From: Candidatus Altimarinota bacterium
GTDB taxonomy: Bacteria > Patescibacteriota > Gracilibacteria > UBA1369
NCBI GenBank assembly: GCA_041659405.1
Contig: JBAZYK010000006.1
Coordinates: forward strand, 30,001 to 62,000
Direction of reading: 5' to 3'
DNA: 32,000 nucleotides
Part shown: positions 26,297-32,000 of the stretch, in pieces
Position numbering within the stretch: position 1 is the stretch's first letter
How the letters are laid out: the number at the start of each line of letters is the position of its first letter
Program-made: the position numbers and the translations under genes
The notes under the pieces: model-generated
Told to the model about the DNA's origin: nothing
Databases searched by the model: none
The model's input: the letters and a program-made list of their open reading frames with translations, nothing else

Positions 26297-26455
26297 ATGT
26301 CGAATAAACACATCAACCACCAACACGGACTTTCTACCATGAATGCCCTTCGCCCAAAGAGCAAACTCCGCAAGCGCAAGAACAAGGCAGCCGCTAAACC
26401 AAGAAAGGCAGCCCAATTGAAAGCCTTAAAAGATGCTGAAAAAATGATTGCGTAA
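26297..26455 (+). CDS. small basic protein (52 aa), unannotated in the ORF track
   Basis: Hand translation gives MSNKHINHQHGLSTMNALRPKSKLRKRKNKAAAKPRKAAQLKALKDAEKMIA*. It is preceded by TTGACT (26242-26247) with TTAAAT 17 nt downstream, and followed by a strong terminator at 26495-26520. It falls below the ORF-track size cut-off. Confidence 0.4.
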   Translation: MSNKHINHQHGLSTMNALRPKSKLRKRKNKAAAKPRKAAQLKALKDAEKMIA

Positions 26456-26494
26456 GCCGAATTCAAGCGCAAGCATTTACTTTTTGATACTTGA

Positions 26495-26520
26495 AAATCC
26501 TCCAATTTGGGGGATTTTTT
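26495..26520 (+). terminator. rho-independent terminator
   Basis: aaatcctcc (26495-26503) pairs with gggggattt (26509-26517), including one G:U, across the loop aattt. It is followed by ttt. Confidence 0.6.
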
Positions 26521-26557
26521 GTGTATGTCATTTTAATGGCTTTACACCGCCACGCCA

Positions 26558-26587
26558 TTGACGAAACATACAAAAAATTGCTATAAT
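26558..26587 (+). promoter_or_regulatory. sigma70-like promoter (TTGACG-18 nt-TATAAT)
   Basis: ttgacg at 26558-26563 and tataat at 26582-26587, 34 nt upstream of the ATG at 26621. Confidence 0.45.
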
Positions 26588-26620
26588 TACAGGATTTAAC
26601 GCCGCAACAACCCCGCCCCC

Positions 26621-27928
26621 ATGGACTTCACCACAATCGCCCTTCCACTCCTGACCAGCATTGCTGTTGGCGCCCTAATCGGCCTGGAACGCGAAAAAAA
26701 CAAGCAGAATAACAAAGGAATCAGTTCCATTGGCATCCGGACCGATATTTTGATCAGTCTTTTTGGAGCGATCGCGGCTTTACTCGGCAAAACAATCAGT
26801 CCTATTCTTTTTTTGATTTGTTTGGGAGCACTCCTGCTTTTAACAATCGCCTCCTACATTTATATTTCCATAAAATTCAACAAAGTTGGTTTCACCACAG
26901 AAATAAGCACAATTCTGGTATTTCTTTTAGGCGCGATGGCCATGAGCGGATACGCGCAATTAGCCCTTATTTTAGCCATAATTATCACTTTGGTCCTGTC
27001 GCTCCGCGAAATTCTGCATAAAGCCATTTATAACATCAGCTACCTTGAACTTTACGACACCATCAAATTTGCAATTATCGCTTTTATTATTTTGCCGTTT
27101 TTACCAAACCAAAATTTTGATGATCAGCTTTTCAAGATGATTTGGCCAAATCTACAAATTCCTACAAACTTCAATCAGGTCCAGATATTAAATCCCTACA
27201 ACATCTGGTTTTTGGTGGTGCTGGTATCCGGAATCAGTTTTTTGGGTTACATCCTTTCAAAAGTCATCGGCAAAACCAAAGGCATCAGTATTTCCGGTTT
27301 GATTGGTGGACTTTATTCCAGCACAGCCACTTCGCTTTCTTTAGCCCGCAAAAGCAGACAATACCCCTCCATTACAACACCTTTTGTCACAGGAATCGTT
27401 TTAGCCTGCGGCATCAGTTTTATTAGAACTTTTATTGAGCTCCGCGCGCTAAATGAAGAACTTTTTATGCGCACATTGGTCCCAATATCTTTGATGTTTG
27501 CCTATTTGATGATTGTTGGACTTTTTCTTTTATTCAGACAAAAACCGGACAAAATCACCCACACTGCCAATTTTAAGACTCCTTTTGAACTGACCGAAGC
27601 CCTTAAACTTGGAGGATTGATTGTTGGAGCACTGCTCATTGCCAAAATTCTTTTGACCTTTTTGGGGCTGGAATATTACTACATTATTGCCGGCGCAATG
27701 GCCCTGTTTGCGATTGATGACCCGATTACCATTTCCACCGCAGCCCATGCCGGAAAACTGATTGATATGACCAATGCCAAAAATATTATTTTGATGGTTC
27801 TCTTTTTAAACATGGTTCAAAAAGTAATCATGATCCATTTTATCGGCAACAAAAAACTCACCAGACAAATGGTGATCATATACGGAGGACTTTTCCTTGT
27901 AAGTTTAGCGGGATTCCTTTATTTTTAA
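26621..27928 (+). CDS. MgtC/SapB-family membrane protein with C-terminal DUF4010-like domain
   Basis: The N-terminal LLTSIAVGALIGLEREKN is the MgtC-family motif. The protein is polytopic with more than 10 hydrophobic segments over 435 aa. Confidence 0.8.
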   Translation: MDFTTIALPLLTSIAVGALIGLEREKNKQNNKGISSIGIRTDILISLFGAIAALLGKTISPILFLICLGALLLLTIASYIYISIKFNKVGFTTEISTILVFLLGAMAMSGYAQLALILAIIITLVLSLREILHKAIYNISYLELYDTIKFAIIAFIILPFLPNQNFDDQLFKMIWPNLQIPTNFNQVQILNPYNIWFLVVLVSGISFLGYILSKVIGKTKGISISGLIGGLYSSTATSLSLARKSRQYPSITTPFVTGIVLACGISFIRTFIELRALNEELFMRTLVPISLMFAYLMIVGLFLLFRQKPDKITHTANFKTPFELTEALKLGGLIVGALLIAKILLTFLGLEYYYIIAGAMALFAIDDPITISTAAHAGKLIDMTNAKNIILMVLFLNMVQKVIMIHFIGNKKLTRQMVIIYGGLFLVSLAGFLYF

Positions 27929-28001
27929 CCAGAGCGAGCAACGCGAGCTCCGCGCCCACCCTCAAGTGGGCATAGCAACAAACCGTCCCGCAAGCGGGAC
28001 A
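27929..28001 (+). repeat. Rep-2 multi-hairpin element, copy R1 (starts 1 nt after the stop codon)
   Basis: Shares gctccgcgccc, ggcatagcaacaaa, ccgtcccgc and aagcgggac with 31287-31357. Hairpins are gcccac/gtgggc (27954-27971) and gtcccg/cgggac (27985-28000). Confidence 0.65.
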
Positions 28002-28039
28002 CTTCTTGAAATAAAAATAAAATCCGTAATAATTTTTAA

Positions 28040-28972
28040 TTGACAAAAGTGCCCCTTTTCGGTTTCCTCAAAAAGAAAAAGAAGTCCGGAACTTCCAGCA
28101 GGATTGCCCAGTTTCAGTCTCCTTATTTAAGAAAACAATTATTACCGGATCGTGTCCTTAAAAGAAGCAAAAAAAGGCATTCCATTCTTATTCCGCCTGC
28201 CCGCCTTAAAGCACCAAAAAGCGGGAAAAGCAAAAAATGGCTGTTGATTTTACTGACAATTTTTATACTTGGCGGCGGAACTTATTTAATCACCACCACT
28301 CATTTTTTTGATCTGCAAAACTGGCAAGTTTCAAGCGATGGCACGCTTGTGGATGATTCCGACCCGATATATCAAATTTTGGCTGCCGAAAAAGGCAAAA
28401 ACATCCTCTTTCTTGATGAAAACAAAATCATTAGCGACATTAAAAACATTCATCCGGACATTGCAAAAATTCAAATTAGCAAAATTTTCCCCAAAAAAAT
28501 CAAGGTTGAATTTGAAAAATATCCAATTGCTGCTAACATCATAAATGTTGTAGGCAAAATCCAAAAGAAACTGCTGGTTGATAGTATAGGTCTAATTGTT
28601 GATCAGAATAACGAAAACCCTGATCTTCCATATATAAGAATCACCTCGTCGGAAGCGCTTAATCTTAACGATACAGCCATTCCCGAAGATAAACTGGCCT
28701 ACATTCTGCAGGCGATCAAATTCTTTCAATCAAAATTTGGGATGAAAGTAATAGATTGCGATTACATGCTCATAGAGCGCGAAATCCGCATAAGAACCGA
28801 AAAATTCTTCTACGTCTGGATCGACATCACCAAAGATTTAAATCTACAACTGGAAAAACTAAAAAAAGTTCAAGGAAAACTGGACATCTACAACACCCCG
28901 CTTGAATACATCGACCTAAGAATATCGGGAACAGACAACGAAAAAGTAATCTTCAAACCCCGCAGTAAATAA
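28040..28972 (+). CDS. ftsQ: cell division protein FtsQ/DivIB-like (TM segment plus POTRA)
   Basis: Basic N-terminus, a single TM segment (WLLILLTIFILGGGTYLI), and a POTRA-like region NILFLDENKIISDIKNIHPDIAKIQISKIFPKKIKVEFEKYPIAANI. An sbp homologue follows, as in Firmicute dcw clusters. The start is uncertain (TTG 28040 or GTG 28049; no ATG nearby). Confidence 0.7.
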   Translation: MTKVPLFGFLKKKKKSGTSSRIAQFQSPYLRKQLLPDRVLKRSKKRHSILIPPARLKAPKSGKSKKWLLILLTIFILGGGTYLITTTHFFDLQNWQVSSDGTLVDDSDPIYQILAAEKGKNILFLDENKIISDIKNIHPDIAKIQISKIFPKKIKVEFEKYPIAANIINVVGKIQKKLLVDSIGLIVDQNNENPDLPYIRITSSEALNLNDTAIPEDKLAYILQAIKFFQSKFGMKVIDCDYMLIEREIRIRTEKFFYVWIDITKDLNLQLEKLKKVQGKLDIYNTPLEYIDLRISGTDNEKVIFKPRSK

Positions 28973-28999
28973 ACTAAAAAAATAACAATTATAAGCGTA

Positions 29000-29120
29000 T
29001 ATTCAGATTGTAAGAATATTTCTGAACACATCCGGGGTAGGGGCCCTGTGTGTGAAGGAATATTGTTACAATCTGAATACTCCCGAACACATCCGGGGTA
29101 GGGGCCCTGTGTATTCAGGG
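29000..29120 (+). repeat. two adjacent hairpins, each capped by a 28-bp perfect direct repeat
   Basis: gaacacatccggggtaggggccctgtgt occurs at 29024-29051 and again at 29085-29112. A 14-bp stem pairs tattcagattgtaa (29000-29013) with ttacaatctgaata (29066-29079) and encloses the first unit. The aatatt segments extend this stem. The second unit is flanked by cccgaacaca / tgtgtattcaggg. Confidence 0.6.
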
Positions 29121-29159
29121 AAATTCTCAAAATCCTGAACAATTATTAATCATCAACCT

Positions 29160-29519
29160 ATGATTTGGGCAATCCTCGGCATCGTAATCGGAATCTTAAT
29201 GGGACTAAGCATTAATTTGCCCATTCCTTTGGAATTAACCAAATATTCCGCGGTTATCATTATGGGTATTCTGGATGCCCTTTTTGGGGCAATTCGCGCC
29301 GAAATAACCCATGATAAATTTGATGCCGTCATCTTTATAACCGGTCTTTTCTTCAACATTATCCTTTCTATAGCCATTACGCTGCTTGGTGACAAATTGG
29401 GCCTTGATCTTTATCTGGCCGCTACTTTTGTCTTTACCTTCCGTATTTTCTCGAATGTTGGTACTACACGCCGTGCAATGCTCCAAACCATGATCGAAAA
29501 TAAGGAAAATAAAACTTAA
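29160..29519 (+). CDS. sbp: small basic membrane protein Sbp (DUF1290)
   Basis: MIWAILGIVIGILMGL...GLFFNIILSIAITLLGDKLGLDLYLAATFVFTFRIFSNVGTTRR closely parallels B. subtilis Sbp (GFFFNIILAISLAFLG..LGVDLYLAG..FGVRLFQN..RR), recalled from memory. Synteny with ftsQ/divIB supports the call. Confidence 0.8.
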   Translation: MIWAILGIVIGILMGLSINLPIPLELTKYSAVIIMGILDALFGAIRAEITHDKFDAVIFITGLFFNIILSIAITLLGDKLGLDLYLAATFVFTFRIFSNVGTTRRAMLQTMIENKENKT

Positions 29520-29555
29520 AATCGGCAGTTTCAACCCCAAAACGACCTAAAGTCA

Positions 29556-29584
29556 TTGAAAAAATGTAAATTTTTTGCTATAAT
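29556..29584 (+). promoter_or_regulatory. sigma70-like promoter (TTGAAA-17 nt-TGcTATAAT)
   Basis: ttgaaa at 29556-29561 and tgctataat at 29576-29584, 38 nt upstream of the ATG at 29622. Confidence 0.5.
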
Positions 29585-29621
29585 TAGTAAACATAAAAAT
29601 AAATTTTAAACAAACAACAAA

Positions 29622-30191
29622 ATGTCGAACGCCTCCAAAATAGCTCTGTTAAAAGAAATGCTGGATTCTGCAGAGTCAAATCTCCGTTCAGCAAAACAAA
29701 TTCTTGCTGAAATGACAACTTCAAATGGCAAGAGCCAATATGCTTCCATGGCTGAAAAAATCGGCAGCATGAGTTCGGAAGAACGTCATGTAATTGAAGG
29801 TATTTTTGATGGCCAGAATATGATTGGTCCGGATAAAAAAACTTATTCCGTTCCGGCAAACTACGCGAGCAAATCCAAACTTATTCCAGGTGACGTTTTG
29901 AAATTAACCATTATGGACGATGGTTCTTTTGTTTATAAGCAAATCGGCCCGGTTGATCGTAAGAAAATTGTTGGAACATTAACTTATGAAGATGGCCAAT
30001 ATCGTGTGATCGCCCAGAGCAAAGTATATAAAGTGCTCTTGGCTTCTGTAACTTATTTTAAGGCTGAAGTCGGCGATAAAGTTACGTTGGTTGTTCCGGA
30101 ATTGGAAGACAGCGATTGGGGCGCCCTTGAAAATGTTCTCCCAAAAAGTGATGAACTAAGTGATAAAGATTACGACGATTTGGGAATTTAA
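29622..30191 (+). CDS. hypothetical protein (189 aa)
   Basis: ATG start with its own promoter. The N-terminal helix (SKIALLKEMLDSAESNLRSAKQILAEM) is followed by a beta-rich C-terminal half and an acidic tail. No motif recognised. It lies between sbp and pilT. Confidence 0.65.
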   Translation: MSNASKIALLKEMLDSAESNLRSAKQILAEMTTSNGKSQYASMAEKIGSMSSEERHVIEGIFDGQNMIGPDKKTYSVPANYASKSKLIPGDVLKLTIMDDGSFVYKQIGPVDRKKIVGTLTYEDGQYRVIAQSKVYKVLLASVTYFKAEVGDKVTLVVPELEDSDWGALENVLPKSDELSDKDYDDLGI

Positions 30192-30242
30192 ATACAGTAA
30201 AAAACAAACAACAAGCAAAAAAAAACTAAAAACAACACAAAT

Positions 30243-31286
30243 ATGGCTCAACTTGATAAAATTTTCAGAACAGCGCTTCAATATAAAGCTTCCGATGTCT
30301 ACATTTCCACCGGATCTAAGCCAATTCTGCGCATTAACGGCGATTTGATCCTGATCGATGAACACCCGGTTTTCACCAAGAAAATGGCCGAGGAGTTTCT
30401 TTTGGAAATCATGACGGAAGATCAAAAGAAAGCTTTTGCCGCCAGTCTTGATTTGGATTTTTCGGTTGATGTTGAAAACATTGCCCGCTTCCGCGTAAAC
30501 ATGTTCGTTCAAAGAAAAGGTATGGCGGGAGTTTTTCGTTTGATTCCGGAAGTAGTTTACAGCCTTGATGAACTTGGCCTACCGGAGCAATTAAAGAGAA
30601 TTCCGGGATTTAAAAATGGCTTGGTGATTGTAACCGGACCAACCGGCTCGGGTAAATCGACCACCATGGCCGCAATTTTGAATGAAATTAACATTAGCGA
30701 TGCCCAACATATTATTACAATTGAAGATCCAATTGAATTTGTTCACCAAAATAAAAAATCCATTTTTGAACAACGTGAAGTTAAAAGTCACACCAAAAGC
30801 TTTGGTAGCGCCTTAAAATCAGCTCTGCGTGAAGATCCGGATGTGGTTTATATTGGTGAAATGCGTGATCTGGAAACAATTGCCCTGGCAATTACCGCAG
30901 CAGAAACAGGACAACTCGTTTTAGCAACTTTGCATACAAGCGGTGCCGCCAAATCGGTTGATCGTATTATTGATGCTTTCCCATTTGAACAGCAAAACCA
31001 AGTGCGCGCCCAACTTTCCGAAAGTTTACGCGCCGTAATCTGGCAAAATCTTTTAAAAACCAAGGACGGGAAAGGCCGTATTGCAGCCATGGAAATGATG
31101 TTCAACAACAACGCCATTGCCAACATGATCCGCAAAGCTAAAACTCATCAGATTGATTCAGCGATTGAAACAGGCTTTAAAGAAGGCATGCAAACCATGA
31201 AGAAATCAGTCACGGATTTATTGGAAGCTGATTTAATCAGTGAAGACGAAGCTCTGGCTAGCATTCCAGCGGAGTTGGAGGCTTAA
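30243..31286 (+). CDS. pilT: type IV pilus retraction ATPase PilT
   Basis: Walker A is GPTGSGKSTT, Walker B is DVVYIGEMRD and the His box is LVLATLHT. Both the 347-aa length and the N-terminus LDKIFRTALQYKASDVYI are PilT-like. Confidence 0.92.
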   Translation: MAQLDKIFRTALQYKASDVYISTGSKPILRINGDLILIDEHPVFTKKMAEEFLLEIMTEDQKKAFAASLDLDFSVDVENIARFRVNMFVQRKGMAGVFRLIPEVVYSLDELGLPEQLKRIPGFKNGLVIVTGPTGSGKSTTMAAILNEINISDAQHIITIEDPIEFVHQNKKSIFEQREVKSHTKSFGSALKSALREDPDVVYIGEMRDLETIALAITAAETGQLVLATLHTSGAAKSVDRIIDAFPFEQQNQVRAQLSESLRAVIWQNLLKTKDGKGRIAAMEMMFNNNAIANMIRKAKTHQIDSAIETGFKEGMQTMKKSVTDLLEADLISEDEALASIPAELEA

Positions 31287-31357
31287 GCAAGCCAAAGGCT
31301 TGCTCCGCGCCCCGCCTTGGCGGGGCATAGCAACAAAACCGTCCCGCCAAGCGGGAC
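31287..31357 (+). repeat. Rep-2 multi-hairpin element, copy R2 (starts 1 nt after the pilT stop)
   Basis: Hairpins are gcaagcc/ggcttgc (31287-31303), gccccgc/gcggggc (31309-31326) and gtcccgc/gcgggac (31341-31357). The linker catagcaacaaaacc is conserved with R1. On the minus strand the last hairpin is followed by ggttttgtt and could terminate the convergent methyltransferase gene. Confidence 0.65.
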
Positions 31358-31360
31358 TCC

Positions 31361-32000
31361 TTATCCTTTCTTCAGTAAAAGGTTAAATTTCAAATACTCC
31401 CCTTCCGGAAAATTGATTCGTAGTGGATGATCCGCGGGTTGAGTTTTGCTTTCCAGTAAAACCAAATCGGCATTAGCCTGCATGGCCGCTTTAAAAATTA
31501 TCGTCCTAAAAAGCGCCTGATCCACATGTGAAGAACATGAAGCTGTAGCCAAAATTCCACCGGGTTTTAAAACTTTCAAAGCCATTCTATTTAAGCGGAC
31601 ATAGCCATTAACCGCATTGGGCAGGTTTTCCCGACTTTTCACAAACGCCGGCGGATCCACAATCACCAAATCAAATTGCCGTTTTTCCGCAGAAGCTTTA
31701 TCCAAAAACGCAAAAACATCTTCGGCCACAAATTCATGTTGAGAACCGGAATCAGCACCTGTCCCAGCATTTTTTCCACTTTCATTATCAGCATCTTTGC
31801 CATTTTCAAACTCATTGAGTTTAAAATTTTTCCGGGCCAATTCCAAAGCATGTTTATCAACATCAACACTTATGGTTGAAATCGCTCCTCCAGAAGCAGC
31901 AGCAAGCGAAAATCCTCCACTGTAACTAAAAAGATTCAAAACCGATTTACCTTTAGAACAATCCGCCACCGCCTGCCGATTTTCGCGCTGATCAAGGAAA
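31361..32000 (-). CDS. class I SAM-dependent rRNA methyltransferase, RlmI-like (C-terminal part; N-terminus beyond the right edge)
   Basis: SAM motif I is LNLFSYSGGFSLAAA and motif IV is DLVIVDPPAF. The reading frame is still open at 32000. It contains a G/D/S-rich insertion (ENGKDADNESGKNAGTGADSGSQHE). Confidence 0.8.
   Translation of the reverse strand, partial: FLDQRENRQAVADCSKGKSVLNLFSYSGGFSLAAASGGAISTISVDVDKHALELARKNFKLNEFENGKDADNESGKNAGTGADSGSQHEFVAEDVFAFLDKASAEKRQFDLVIVDPPAFVKSRENLPNAVNGYVRLNRMALKVLKPGGILATASCSSHVDQALFRTIIFKAAMQANADLVLLESKTQPADHPLRINFPEGEYLKFNLLLKKG

Noticed and set aside
26122-26505. A 127-aa minus-strand ORF overlapping the aspartase 3' end and the small basic ORF.
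   Set aside because: It overlaps a well-supported gene end and has an odd composition. The plus-strand small ORF with promoter and terminator signals explains the region better.
29024-29112. A minimal CRISPR array (28-bp repeat, 33-bp spacer, 28-bp repeat).
   Set aside because: There are only two repeats and no cas genes or leader. The 'spacer' forms a 14-bp stem with the upstream flank, indicating a structured repeat rather than an acquired spacer.

Overview
The window is a densely coded bacterial chromosome segment of roughly 40% G+C, judged from hand counts of a few 60-nt lines. It uses the standard genetic code; hflX ends in TGA. Many proteins carry lineage-specific insertions, and there is a giant surface protein, type IV pilus machinery and patchy central metabolism. 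This suggests a small-genome CPR/Patescibacteria-like organism, which is an inference only.

Confident housekeeping calls:
- hflX
- class I fructose-bisphosphate aldolase
- an RsuA/RluB-family pseudouridine synthase
- dus
- typA/bipA
- archaeal-type PEP carboxylase
- an MscS channel
- an aspartase-like class II lyase
- an MgtC/DUF4010 membrane protein
- ftsQ/divIB-like followed by sbp (DUF1290)
- pilT
- a partial RlmI-like methyltransferase

Accessory content:
- A 1062-aa secreted surface protein.
- Three large orphan proteins (about 257, 705 and 1047 aa) at 7.5-15.6 kb.
- A G+C-rich Fic/DOC gene that looks horizontally acquired.

The most unusual signals are non-coding:
1. A 109-bp direct repeat (about 90% identical) brackets the 705-aa orphan gene. 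A third, inverted partial copy lies at 1.1 kb. All three copies retain a 12-codon CxxC micro-ORF.
2. A 142-bp MITE-like foldback with 29-bp perfect terminal inverted repeats sits upstream of dus.
3. A 72-nt tRNA-like element with G3:U70 and an encoded CCA resembles the tRNA-like domain of tmRNA but has no mRNA-like domain. Two upstream 'terminator plus 18-mer' modules copy its central helix.
4. A roughly 70-nt multi-hairpin element occurs immediately after two stop codons and shows compensatory stem changes.
5. A nested-hairpin region between ftsQ and sbp contains a 28-bp perfect direct repeat.

I saw no rRNA, canonical tRNA, cas genes, transposase or integrase. All identities and motif matches were made by eye and from memory of protein families; no database search was run.
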